A DNA stretch of 64,000 nt from Oculina patagonica (taxonomy: Eukaryota), in assembly GCF_052425735.1 (NCBI RefSeq), contig NC_135760.1, positions 8,680,001 to 8,744,000 of the forward strand, given 5' to 3'. The notes under the pieces were generated by a model. That model was given only the letters and a program-made list of their open reading frames with translations. It did no database searches and was not told the DNA's origin. The position numbers and the translations under genes are program-made. Within the stretch, counting starts at the first letter, position 1, and the number at the start of each line of letters is the position of its first letter. Positions 14,001-25,348 of the stretch are shown in pieces.

Positions 14001-14249
14001 GAGGCGACCATTTCCATCACTTCTGCGATCACGAGAATGCTTATCAACAGTCGCAGCTGCAGAAGATGGAATCGTCTCAGTCATGACATTGTTACTGTCA
14101 CGAGTGGACAATTCGTGTCGAATAAGCGACAGCTCACTCTCAAGGAAGTAAACTTTGTAAGAAAGAACCGCAATTGAGAGGATCGTGAAAACAAGATGCA
14201 GACTTTGCACGACACTGGAGGATTTTGTAGAAGCTTTACTCGCCGCCAT
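2014..14249 (-). CDS. Array copy 1: type II TM-collagen-3xIg-CCP/Sushi-D8C/D10C (UMOD/GP2/OIT3-like) protein, 8 exons, ~651 aa
   Basis: Exons in transcript order: 14249-13920 (TM, coiled coil, RDRR), 13674-13629 (46 nt, [16 protein letters not shown]), 11849-11655 (13 Gly-X-Y), 11425-11156 (Ig1), 10682-10407 (Ig2), 9201-8929 (Ig3), 3096-2926 (CCP), 2408-2014 (D8C: [29 protein letters not shown]). All introns GT-AG with phases 0,1,1,1,1,1,1; total 1956 nt, no internal stop. N gap in the Ig1-Ig2 intron; Gypsy element in the Ig3-CCP intron. Confidence 0.88.
3316..3802. mobile_element. MITE-like element with ~84-bp inverted repeats
   Basis: 3316-3399 is the near reverse complement of 3719-3802. 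Absent from the matching intron of copy 2. Confidence 0.6.
4296..4451 (-). repeat. 3' LTR
   Basis: 156 bp, identical to 8511-8666. Confidence 0.95.
4594..8482 (-). pseudogene. Gypsy gag-pol polyprotein, frameshifted near 8221
   Basis: ORF 8482-8171 (gag N-terminus ..KFDEHFVVRR) and ORF 8244-4594 (ERAKFNQR.., two zinc knuckles, protease DTGA, RT QMDD, RNase H SDAS, integrase HHCC and DDE) are in different frames. Confidence 0.85.
8511..8666 (-). repeat. 5' LTR
   Basis: 156 bp, followed on the minus strand by PBS TGGTGTCAGAAG. Confidence 0.95.
9490..9900. mobile_element. MITE with CCCGGG-polyG / polyC-CCCGGG termini
   Basis: 8-bp TSD AACTGTGT (9482-9489, 9901-9908). Same insertion present in copy 2. 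Confidence 0.85.
10784..11141. repeat. Compound tetranucleotide microsatellite (CAAC/CAGT/CAGC)n spanning N gap 10857-11006
   Basis: Directly visible. Confidence 0.9.
12026..12433. mobile_element. Poly-G/poly-C MITE in intron 2 of copy 1
   Basis: CCCGT-polyG-CACTC .. GAGTAC-polyC. Also at ~24052-24463; not seen in copies 3 and 4. Ends approximate. Confidence 0.65.
12452..13378. mobile_element. Copy-1-specific ~0.9 kb insertion with short inverted ends
   Basis: Absent from copy 2 (ctagtattttttcgctcagg at ~24471). Inverted ACGACTGAATTT / AAATTCAGTCGT. Contains a (GGTT)n tract. Confidence 0.55.
13397..13570 (-). mobile_element. Old SINE remnant in intron 2, present in all four copies (also ~24501-24680, ~36255-36450, ~44300-44480)
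   Basis: Minus strand tgtgttgtgttcttggggaagaacatcttactcgcacaatgcctctct..ataaatggg resembles the SINE core at 63935-64000. Confidence 0.55.
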
Positions 14250-14302
14250 GTTTCGTTCAGCAGTGTTGTGAAGAACTAACCCTGTGAACTATGTTGTCTT
14301 AT

Positions 14303-14341
14303 ATAACAGTGGCGTAAAGCCAAGGTGAAATTCTAGACTCA
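14303..14341 (-). promoter_or_regulatory. Invariant 39-bp upstream block (also 25402-25440, 37147-37185, 45227-45265)
   Basis: ATAACAGTGGCGTAAAGCCAAGGTGAAATTCTAGACTCA (plus strand) is identical in all four copies, 54-67 bp upstream of the ATG, while its flanks carry indels. Confidence 0.55.
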
Positions 14342-15075
14342 AGCGTACTTTACATGCCTCAGAACGGTTCTCAGTTTAATATGTCAGCTTGAATCTGAAA
14401 TCTATATCAACGAAGTATTCAAAGGTGGCCTTTTATGGGGAAGGGGGCATCACATAAGATTACCAACGCAGCTGGACTCAGTAATAGTATGAGACTGATT
14501 GATTGATAAAAAAAGTTTAAAAATATGACAGAGTATAAAGTTCTCTTTTGAGTTTGTCGTTTGTCATCCGTCTCAATTTCCTTACCCATCTCCTCGTTTA
14601 CTTTCAGGTTATCATTTCGACGTTGGTGATTTTCTTCTTTAGAAAACTACCTCTTTAAGGCTTCCTCAATTTGAAAATACTTTTAATTATTTGCCTCTTG
14701 TTTTTTCGGCATCGAAATGATCACAGTTGGGAAAAATGATCACAGTTGGGAAAGGGGCCGAGGCATTAAATCCGGATATCACTATCAGAAGTTGAAAAAC
14801 GTAACCTGAGGGAAAAAAAAACATGTTTTCTTTTTCTACATTTTTTTATTTTGTCAGGCTGTGTGTGGTCTATTTACATTATGATACGTTTACCGGCTGG
14901 CCTTGCAGACAGGAAATAACAATTTTTTTTTTTAATTTGTGGCGGGTAGACATATAAACGAGAGGCTACATCACGCAAAAAAAAATCTAAAATGAAATAA
15001 AGTTTACTGTTTTTGCTACTCTGCTCAAAACATGTTCTCCTTTTCTTTCTGTCAACCTCAATATGTATGGTATGT

Positions 15076-15220
15076 TAGCCCAGTCCCTGAACTCTCCCTT
15101 TCGCGCCCTTTATAGGGTTTGAACCCAGGTGCGAGAAGATTTTCGCGCCTTTCTTCTCGGGACTGGGTTCAACCCCTATACTAGTATTGGGCGCGAAAGG
15201 GAGAGTTCAGAAACTGGACA
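15076..15220. repeat. Small hairpin MITE; paralogue at ~26163-26307
   Basis: ccagtccctgaactctccctttcgcgccc .. gggcgcgaaagggagagttcagaaactgg inverted pair. Confidence 0.6.
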
Positions 15221-15315
15221 ACTGGCATGTGAGGCCAAGCAAGGAGTTGTAAACATACCTGAACATGTGTTGATGTGAAACATTGCTTAAGTTAATTTTA
15301 AAACTGTTATGCTCT

Positions 15316-15504
15316 TAGCCTGTTCCAGACGTTCGCTTCGTTGGGGAGCACCGCGAAAGACGGCGTTCGGCGAGTGCCGGAAAAATAAGGGGAGGGGCGG
15401 ACTCTCTCGCCCCAAGCCCCCCTTGCCACTTTTCAACTCGTCTTGCCTTTTCTAGTTTTTCGCTCTGCTCCCCAATTAACTAACCGAATGACTGGAATAG
15501 GCTG
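15316..15504. repeat. TAGCCTG-terminated MITE; paralogue at ~27572-27756
   Basis: tagcctgttccag .. ctggaataggct inverted ends. Confidence 0.55.
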
Positions 15505-15767
15505 TTACGCTCTATTTAATCATTCCAAACATTATTCTTTTGCTAATTCATTTGTTTTGTTTTTTTTTTTAACTTCAAAACGTAAGCCTTCAGGCGATTA
15601 CGTCTAAGAGTAAGGAAAGTTAAATAGTAGGGTACAATTATGCGAGAAACACGCGTGCTTACCTCTCGCGCCGCGCTTGCCTCGCGTACCACGCGAGTTC
15701 TCGCGTCCCTTTTGTTTTGCTGGCCTGTTTTGCTCGTTTTAATAGAATTGTGGGAAATCGATTCAAG

Positions 15768-15844
15768 ATGGCGGACAAAAGAACGTCTGTAAGGATTTTA
15801 TATTCAAGATTCTTGCTGTATTTGACGAGGCTTCTTTCATACTG
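15768..15844 (+). pseudogene. Duplicated orphan first exon of the beta-propeller gene
   Basis: Aligns without gaps to 45900-45976 (MADKRTSVRILYSRFLLYLTRLLSY). Keeps the AAGATGGCGG start context and GTAAGT donor. Flanking homology runs to ~16108 (= ~46230). No downstream propeller exons nearby. Confidence 0.75.
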
Positions 15845-16147
15845 GTAAGTTTGTAGATGCACAGAAGGCAATTTTAATAAGACCACAGAAGTTTTGAAAA
15901 TATTTATTGGGTATAAATTTACGATTTCAAAAAACTTGCTGTGATTTGTTGCTGGCTTAATCTTACATGAAAACTGCAAGCTGAGTGAATGATCAATAAA
16001 ATCCATGATTGCTTGAAATCAACCAGAAATCAACAGAATAATTATAAGTGGTGGGAAACTATCCATATACCCTAAAAAGGTTCTCTCAAATATCCAAACT
16101 TGATAGAAAAGTATACCAACTTAAAATGAAAAGCTTAAGCTTGCGGT

Positions 16148-16295
16148 CAGTATAAAATACGGACTGCGGACTACGGACTACGGACGACGGACTGGGAATA
16201 AAACACGGACTGAGGTATAAAATGCGGACTCAGTCCGCGGAATAGGTATAAAATACGGAATACGCTATAAAATGCAGACTAAGCATATTAAATGC
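16148..16295. repeat. Short tandem repeats (GTATAAAATRCGGAC / CGGACTA); paralogue at ~28378-28525
   Basis: Repeated gtataaaatacggac and cggacta units. Confidence 0.6.
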
Positions 16296-16469
16296 GTTTA
16301 AAAGCGAACCAAAACTGTGCAGGTGACCGTATGTAAACGTAACGCAACGGCTGTATAAGACCTTTTTTTATTGTTGTCGGTTCGTATTACGTTGATGTTT
16401 GTTATCTCATCGGGATATCGAAGAGAGTGAAAAAAACTTAAAAATGTTTGGGTTGTAGCCAGGCATGTT

Positions 16470-16650
16470 AAAAATTCGAATTAATAAGTTGATACTGGCT
16501 AAAAATATTGTTTTTGGACGTTTCGGCCACTACTGTTGCCTTCTTCAGGCAACAACTACTGTTGCCTTCTTCAAGGCAACAGTAGTGGACGAAACGTACG
16601 TCCAAAAACAATATTTTTAACCAATGTCAACTTATTAATTCAAATTTTTG
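16470..16650. repeat. ~180-bp palindrome; paralogue at ~28700-28875
   Basis: aattaataagttgatactggctaaaaatattgtttttggacgtttcggccact pairs with its reverse complement around internal ctactgttgccttcttca repeats. Confidence 0.65.
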
Positions 16651-17339
16651 AAAAAAACTTGTTCAAAGTTTACCGTTTCGAACAATTATAATTATGATCT
16701 TCCTCGGTAAAGTACCTTTAATACAGTCAAGGAGATTACTTTCCAACTGAAAAAGGTGTGAAGAATGTTATTTTTTTTTTTTTTTGCTTTTCACATTCCG
16801 ATGGCTCGGTGCCCTAAGGGAGGGGCTAGGAGTGATAAATAACCTGTTGTGGACTGTACAGGACGCTTTGACATACTGTTTGTTGTTTTGGCAGATACAC
16901 TGTAACAAGTTTTACTTTGGTTCATTTTCTTAGAGTATCGCTTGGAAAACGTCTTCAACACGAGGTTAAAATTTGGAGTAATCAAATCAACATGCTCAGC
17001 GTTAGGCGAAAAGGAGATTGCTTTCCAACTGAAAACACAAAGAAACGAGGAGATTCGTGCTCATGTCAACGAAAGGAAAAAGCTTCGTCGGTCAGCCAGT
17101 AGTGTTCTGGGAAAGGAAAAACGGGGACCAGTGTTTTGGAGAGGAAAAAGAGTAAGATGACAGAGGAGGAGATTGAAGAAATAGGATTATTGTTGAGAGG
17201 AGAGGAGATTCATGCGCATGAGAACAAACAAGTTATTAGAATTTGCGTGTACATGCGAGAATGAAGGACTGAAAGTAAATGCGGGATAACGAAAACTAGG
17301 ATCGAAACATGATAGTGCGAAGAGTTTTTAATCACTTAA

Positions 17340-18140
17340 GGTCGCGCAGGACCCTTGCAATCATTAGTATGTATTTATTTAAAGAGTATGCACGAACTGC
17401 CGGACGACTGAAGCCGACAACAAATGAAATATTCATGAGAATGTTTGTTTCTAAACTCTTTTGTACAAGTAATTACTAGTAATTGTTTTCAGCTTTGTGC
17501 ACGTGCGCTGGAACATAGGGAATTATCATAATTAGATTCACAGCTTTGAATATATCACACGTTGTTGTAAACATTGACTCGGAAGGTCTTCGGAAGCCTC
17601 AAAACCTGCAAATTTGTGTCCAAGTTTTCTCCGTCGATATACAATTTCAAGAGTTGATTCACGAGGAACATAAACTTGGTGTACTCTATTGTGCTATGAC
17701 TAGAGCGAATTTTTAAATTTCCTTCTCAAAATGAAGATAGCACGATTTAAAGTTTAGATTTCACATTTTTGCTCTCTTAGAAGCGATTAACTTGTAGCAG
17801 TTTTTGAAATCGAACATTTCGTTCTAGTGGTAGCACAAAAGAGGTTCTGATTTATCACTAAGCTATACAATCATTAAATTTGGTGTGCTGTTCTAGCTGA
17901 AAACTTGGACACAAAATCGCATTATCTGCAGTTAAACTTTTAAGGGCTTGTAACATCACAGACAACGGTCATCTCTTAGTAAAAGGACAATCATGATGTA
18001 ATTCTATCATCCCCGAATATCCTTGTTAAATTTTAGAGGAATCGATGTTCAAAATGTAGTGAATTAAAGCTATACAAGATAGCACTCCGTCAAGAAATTT
18101 GGCTAACGAATTTATTAATGAGCAAGGGTCCCGCGCGACC
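17340..18140. mobile_element. Kolobok-like non-autonomous element, 801 bp
   Basis: TTAA duplication; TIRs GGTCGCGCAGGACCCTTGC / GCAAGGGTCCCGCGCGACC with RR..YY ends. Empty site cacTTAAgagaatgac at ~1284. Confidence 0.85.
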
Positions 18141-18872
18141 TTAAGAGAATGACAGAGGCAACACTGCCTCCACAGGCAGTGTACAAGTATGGCTTTGTGG
18201 CTTCGTAACTCGCTTTAAAGCATTTGTATGGGATTGGATTAGTATATCTCTTCCCGGGCGTTCTGGTTCACTATTGCATTACTTGCACAACAGCTGCGAA
18301 GATCAATTTCAATTTTATTATCTGAGAAACTGTACTTAAAAAATCATTAAAAGAATGAAACAAATAACTAGTGGCAGAACATTTTATTGAATGGTAAAAA
18401 ACAACTACATTTACAATCATTAATAAATTAAAAAAAACCTCCGAAAGTAAAAATTCGGATTACAGCAGTAGCCATCTGAGCAATCGCCTCATGAGTGTTA
18501 TATTTTACTCAAAACATTCGATATTCGATTTTTTTTCGGTTCTGTGCAATAATTTTAAAAGGCACAGTCTGGCACAGCAAAGAGAAAAATCTCGCTGATG
18601 TAATAAGTTGTTATGATGGCTTCTGTGCAACTATAACCTAACCCTCGCAGTATTAATTCTGTTTACAGTATTACGTAGCGTTATAACAGTCCCAACACAG
18701 AACGAAAACGTTATTTATTATTTTGTCAAATACACTTTGTTTGATACAAGTACAGATTTAATTGCCCCGCGAAATGATCCCTTGCTTTAGTGTTACGACC
18801 TATAGATGAGCTTCATTATTACATTCTAGGGATCAAGTACTGTTTGTAAAGCTCATGACTATTGCAAAACAC

Positions 18873-21800
18873 TTAGTTTGTACAATAACGAAGGTTACAG
18901 CGTGGAGTGGGTTTCAGTTTGTAGACATAGAATGAGCCACAGTTGCGTACCGTTATGTATGTGGAATAGGTACAAGGAAAAGAATATGAACTCGATTTAT
19001 AGCCAAAACACACTTTTCGAGTGACCCTCCCCTGTTCAACTGACGGATGCCCCCCAGTTAACCACCCAGTGTAATCTGTGTTACAGTAGTTTCTATAACC
19101 ATACACGGTACTCATTTGTTTTCCGTTTAGAAACTTGTACCAGCCCTCTTCGAGATTGTTGTCACATTTGTCAGAAGTACCTGGTTTATATCCCACTCGC
19201 CTTGTGTCATCATCTATCACCGTATGATCGAAGCATTCCGGTTTATCAGTACCTAAAAAAGTCAGTTCAAGGATTAGAAAGAGAATTTTAACCATACAGG
19301 CAAGTGTTAGATGGAGAGAACATTAATTTATCGGCAATTAACTGCAAATTGGGGCAGCTGCCAGTTAACTTGAAAGTTTGGTCATAATCACGCAGTTATC
19401 TCTTCGGTTCATAGCAGGGTGAAAAAATAATTTCACGAAGACCAAATAATTTCGAAAGAAACCGTGCTTAGTAAGTTATAAAATTACATCGTGGTTAACG
19501 GAAGTAAAAGATCATTTCTTTTGTTTTATTCCCCTAAGCCTTGGAGCCAAGTTAGCCACAACGGTCATCTTTTGAACTTCCAGTTTTGTGCTATTTGTCT
19601 TATGTCAGTTGAGACATTTTGAACCGTTTGCCACATTCCAATTGATGATTTAGTAATACATTTGTCAACTGCCCACGGCTTTTATATACTCGATTTGAAT
19701 TCGGCCTGAGTGAGAGTCGGATTAGAACCCTGACTCATTTTCACTGTATCAAATTCTTACATTGCACTGCATTTCCGCTCCAGTTACCGCTGGGCAGGCA
19801 TCGTCTGACTGCGGGACCAAACATTGTATATCCCGGATGACAGAGATATCTGACGTATTCCCCTACCCAGTGGTTGCTGTCGATAAGCACTGTATTCTCT
19901 GGCCTACCTGGGTTGCCACAGTTAATTAAAGCTGCAGGAAAAACAACAGTAACAAAAAACAACTAAACTTTGAGTTACTACTCGGTTAATAATATTGGGT
20001 AGTGCCGTCATTGGTGATTGGGATCTTATTTCCTTTTTGGCATTACTGAATGTGTAAGACTAAAAAAACATCTGGCGTAAAAATAACAGTCGAGACACTT
20101 GAAAGATCATTTCATTTGTTATTCGAGAATGATGTGAAAAGTTCAGAGGAAAATAAACCATGAATTATAAATAAATAATATCTAAATGTACTCTGATGGC
20201 TCTGTGATCTGTAATTGAAATAGGAGAAGGACGCTTATTGTTGAAGGGGGCACTTGTTAGAATAGGGGCATTTATTGGAAATAGCGCCCTAAAGTGAACC
20301 TTTTTTTTAACTATGATATATAATGTCCGAAAATATCAGCCCACCCGGGCATATCACCAAGCATGCATAACTTATTTTCGATTACAATGTAACCTAAAAT
20401 GTCCGATCACCACCCATATTAAAACTCATTTCAGTACAGCGGCAGTACCAGTGTGCAAAAATGGCAGAAACAGGGCAGTAATAATGGTAATATAAAGTGG
20501 CATCGTTAGGATTTTCTCAGCGGGCGGGCCATTTCCTAAGTAACGTATGATCGCCAAAAGCGAACGCAAAACGGAAACACGAGAGAAGAACCGTAGTAAG
20601 GAGGCAAGTCTCGGTAGTCAAAATGCGTTGAAATTTCCAAACATTCTTAATAACCCAATATCTAGGTTGGTATGAATTGTTTGGCCATAAGGACAGTGGC
20701 ATTTAATACTGGACGAGACATTTTTCTTGTAAAGCCTAGTAAACGAGAAGCGATATTACGCACGAAGCCGGAGAATATTAAAAAACTAAGTCGGTTTTGT
20801 TAATTACTTGATCATGATATCAAGGTGATTAAACGGACAGTCTAATATGTACTTGTATTGGCGACTTACATATTCTTGAACTTGCTTCCACTGTGTCGTT
20901 GTACACGTTACGAGCAACGCATCTGTAGGTGGCCTGGTCTGCGGGTTGAAATTCACCAATCACAAGCTCGCTGGTAAATTCGTCTTCGGTGACGTTATTG
21001 ATGACGTGCATGCTGACGTTATTTTTGTACCACGTGATTGTTGGTAGAGGTGATCCTTTAGCGGAGCAGCTGACTCGGAGCGATTCTCGAATACCGGATA
21101 CATTGATTGAAGACGGCGGTATTGTGGAGAACACAGGAAGGACTAGGAAAAGCAGAAACACAACTGCTATAGTGTTGAATACCAATTCAACTGTAACCAT
21201 ATAGACCAAATTTGAAAATGCTTGTCCCGTAGGCTATGTAGAAACGAATTTTAATAAAGCTGTGACTTCATTGAGAAAAATAATTACTAATTTGCACTTT
21301 CGACTAAGATTTGTACAGGTATACTTTGGTCGTAAATCACACGAGATGTTGAAGAACACCAGAAGACGATTTGTTTGCAAGCTTTATGAGCGTTTTACAA
21401 CATCCCGAGTTGATCTGATAGCGCCAGTAAAGTAGTTAAGAACTGGAAGACGAGAACTGTGTCCCGCGGGGGGGGGGGGGGGACTCGAAAAAGTTTTGTA
21501 CGGGGAGGATCTGCCCGAAGATCCAACCCCTTACCCTTTTATATACCATTTTTATAGAAAAGGTACCCCTTTTGTAAACCTTTTATTGCAAAAAGGCACC
21601 CCTTTCATATACCTACACGACATCACATTTACCTAAAACGGGACGCTTTCTTGTCATTTTTATGTAGCGCTTAATAAATTAAGACAATACTGCCAAAAGT
21701 TGCGTCTGCTCGAAAGGCCTTTTGAAATATAATTATGGCAGATTTCACTACCCTTTCATATACCTAAATTTATGAAATCCCTTCCCTTTATATACCTGGA

Positions 21801-24800
21801 GCCTGAAAAAGGTACCCCTTTCGGGCGGAGCCTCCCCGTATAGGCCATTATAGGGAGAACCCCCCCCCCCCCCGGGAACTGTGTGTAAATCTCAAACCAA
21901 GATAGCATAATATTATTATAAGAAAAAAAAAACTAACTTTAGATAATTAGGGTTAAGACTTCTGACTGAATGTGACCGAGTTTCTGCGCCTTCCACTTAA
22001 ACGATTTACTGTACATTAAACGATAACTCTGATATTGGCAATCTTATGAAAGTACCGAAACCATTGTCAGTAATATACTGTAAAAAACGCAACAGCAAAT
22101 AAGGTTACGACTGATAAATACATTTAAACACAAGTCTTTCATATTAAGTTATTTACATTTTTCCATGATTCTGTTCCAAACGCTTTTGTATTCAAATAAA
22201 GTGAAGTTTCTACCATATATCTGACGAATTTCGATTCTGCGGCCGCTGGCTATTTCCAGCCCCGAGGGTTACCGCTAAATGGAAATTCGACGATTATTCT
22301 AAAAATAAAAGGGTAGCGACAACCTCTAGTTCGAGAAACACCGAAAAATTCAGTTGCATCTGCCCAAGTACTGAGTAACTGAATCATAACTTACCAATAG
22401 GCTCGACTTTCAGGAACGTCCCATGAATGATCATTCCATGTTTGTTCGTCACAGTACAGATGTAAACTCCGCCATCGCCGTTTTCAGTGTTGTTAATATA
22501 AAGACTGTCTTTTTTCAGTGCACTGCGACTCTCGGGGAGTGGTGCGGCGGGCGTCCTGTTCCATTTGATCTCAGGGGAAGGGTAACCTACCACATTACAT
22601 TGCAGTTTTGTTACTTTTCCCAAAAAGCCGATTACTTGCCCTGGAGGTGAGGTGGCGAATCTTGGTGGTCCTATAGTCACGACAAGAATGATTAATAATC
22701 TTTTGATTGAGGCTAGACCAGAGCTGAGACAAAAAAAGCATCGGGGGGATATGACAAGGGGTATGTCCTGACCAACCAACCAACCAATCAATCCTTCAGT
22801 CACAGACAGTCAGTCAGTCAGTCAGTCAGTTAGTCAGCCAGCCAGCCAGCTAACCAGCCAGCCAGCAAACCNNNNNNNNNNNNNNNNNNNNNNNNNNNNN
22901 NNNNNNNNNNNNNNNNNNNNNNNNNNNNNNNNNNNNNNNNNNNNNNNNNNNNNNNNNNNNNNNNNNNNNNNNNNNNNNNNNNNNNNNNNNNNNNNNNNNN
23001 NNNNNNNNNNNNNNNNNNNNNNNNNNNNNNNNNNNNNNNNNNNNNNNNNNNNNNNNNNNNNNNNNNNNNNNNNNNNNNNNNNNNNNNNNNNNNNNNNNNN
23101 NNNNNNNNNNNCAGTCAAGCCGGCAGGCAGGCAGGCGTTTTAAAGGTAATCAGTATTCCGTTCAGCATTCCGTACACTTCAATCCAAGTATATTTACCGT
23201 AACTGCAAGTGAAACGGACTCACCAAAAACAATAAGTTTCACATGTGCCACTTGAATACCAAACAAATTCTCTGCGTGACACGTGATCTTTCCTCGATCC
23301 TCGAAGCGGACTGCCATGATCTCAAAGGTTTCAGCGGTAGCCTTAAATCGGCTTCGGTTACCATGGTTTCTAGTTTGTAAAGACCACGTAATCTTTGGAA
23401 CGGGATTTCCAAATGTAGAAATATTCAGTGACAGCTTGCTGCCCTCTCTGATGGAGATGGACTGTGGAATCTTGGACGTGAAACGAGGAGGAGCTGGGGA
23501 CGAGAGAAAGTATGTGTGATAAGCTCTGAAAAAGTGCACAACTGGTTTCACGGAGACATGTGTCTACAGTTTTACACGAACCAAAACCATATAATTGGTA
23601 AATAAACAAGGTTCAAAAGGGCTTTAACTTAACAGTCATTGTTATACATACCCTTTTAAAAAAGAACAGCTTAAAAGCCCCATTCCTTTTGGGGGAATAG
23701 AGTTGAGTTTGGACGTACTTACCAAATTTTGTCATCTCTCTTTGGGTGTAAGCCTCTAATCGTTTAGCGAGCTTCTCAATGAATGTTATGTTCATGCTAG
23801 AGCTCTTTCCTGGAGACCCACGAGGACCTCTTCTTCCAGGTGGCCCGGTTTTACCAGCGGGGCCTGGACGGCCACGACGTCCGCGGGGTCCTTGTTCTCC
23901 GGGTGGACCCTGAGGACCTAAATTTTAAAAGGGGTCCAATTATTAATAATTGTGTTCAAGTTTTTGGTATCATGTTCTTCACTAGTACATTCTTAAAAAA
24001 GATTAATAGAAAGGTTATTATGGAAGGCAGAAGGAGGTACTGTTAATTCTCCCCGTGGGGGGGGGGGGGCACTCACATGTATGAGCTATATAGGTATGTG
24101 CCGCTGTGAAGGGTATGGTTTTCAAGCAGTTCAGTCTGGAATAGGTTATAGAAATCAGAGAGGTTTGGTCTAGAATAGGGTATCATTTGCCGAATAACTG
24201 ATTAGTAGTATGAGGAATTAAGTCCAAAATCATCACACCAACGTTGTTGACAGATGGTGTTCCATTAAAAACACAAATAGTGACACAGTTCTGAAAACGG
24301 CAGGTCTGGGATAGGGTAGGAATTTCCGGTGTTTAGTCTAGAAAAGGGTTGCAAAATCAGCTGAACAGGGTCTAGTATAGGGTAAGGGTTTCAGAGTCCT
24401 AGCGGCACACCACCACCCAAAAAATATAGGGTACCCCCCCCCCCCCCTTCCCGCCAACCCCGGACCAACGCTAGTATTTTTTCGCTCAGGTTTCTCGATA
24501 CCCATTTATGCTTATCTGGTTGCAGAGAGGCATTGCTCGAGTAAGATGTTCTTCCCCAAGAACACACCACAAGTGTCCCTCTAACAAATACCAAATTCCC
24601 CCGACATCTGCGGGAATCCAATTCACTACCCCAGGTGTTAGGGCCGCATTCGCGCCATTCTTGAAACCGACCCCGATTAGGTGAAAACCGGCGTTCAATT
24701 TCCTTATAAGGAAACAGCTGATCTATACTGACCTCTCATGCAGACAAGCTTGCCAGTTCCGTTCACTGTGTTCTTTACCTTCAGCAATAAAAAGAAGACA

Positions 24801-25348
24801 TTAAATAATTTCAGAGTAAATTTGCTTCAAAATTGCTACAAAATTCTCAATCAGCTCTTCGCCGTTTGAACAGCCAAGAGAGACTTTTCAATAGACTTTT
24901 TACAAGTCGACCTTTGCTTAATCAATTAATGCCCTCTCACGGGAACATAATTGATAAAGTCGGAAATATTCCGAATATTATTAGAAATGACTTTTAAAAA
25001 ACTCAGTGACTCGCCTACCTGAAAATAGTTTAGCGCCTTCTGAAGGCAATCAGCGTTTACATTTTGCTTTGCCGCAGTTGTTTTAGACGTCTTCTGGCTG
25101 AGTCGACCATTTCCATCACTTCTGCGATCACGAGATTGCTTGTCAACAGTCGCAGCTGCAGAAGATGGCGTCGTCTCAGTCATGACATTGTTACTGTCAC
25201 GAGTGGACAATTCGTGCCGAATAAACGACAGCTCACTCTCAAGGAAGTAAACTTTGTACGAGAGAACGGCAATTGAGAGGATCGAGAAAACAAGATGCAG
25301 AATTTGCACGACACTGGAGGATTTTGTAGAAGCTTTACTCGCCGCCAT
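18873..25348 (-). CDS. Array copy 2: TM-collagen-3xIg-CCP-D8C protein, 8 exons, ~646 aa
   Basis: Exons 25348-25019, 24778-24733, 23917-23723, 23493-23224, 22670-22395, 21142-20870, 19931-19761, 19252-18873. GT-AG, same phases as copy 1, 1941 nt open. N gap in the Ig1-Ig2 intron. Confidence 0.88.
21463..21876. mobile_element. Poly-G/poly-C MITE (paralogous to 9490-9900)
   Basis: Same sequence and AACTGTGT TSD in the Ig2-Ig3 intron of copy 2. Confidence 0.85.
22771..23136. repeat. Compound tetranucleotide microsatellite spanning N gap 22872-23111
   Basis: Directly visible; same intron as in copy 1. Confidence 0.9.
24052..24463. mobile_element. Poly-G/poly-C MITE in intron 2 of copy 2
   Basis: Near-identical to 12026-12433. 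Confidence 0.65.

Noticed and set aside
14321-14341. NF-kB, HSE or AP-1 site in the conserved upstream block
   Set aside because: GGTGAAATTCT, TTCTAGAC and TGAGTCT each mismatch their consensus; too weak to call.
16148-16650. CRISPR-like or structured ncRNA array
   Set aside because: Irregular short repeats and a palindrome without unique fixed-length spacers, in eukaryotic DNA with no cas genes; best explained as transposon remnants.
2014-25348. Copies 1 and 2 being alleles assembled in tandem
   Set aside because: The 5' half of copy 1 and the 3' half of copy 2 are on one gap-free stretch (11007-22871), so tandem copies exist. Exact copy number remains unverified.
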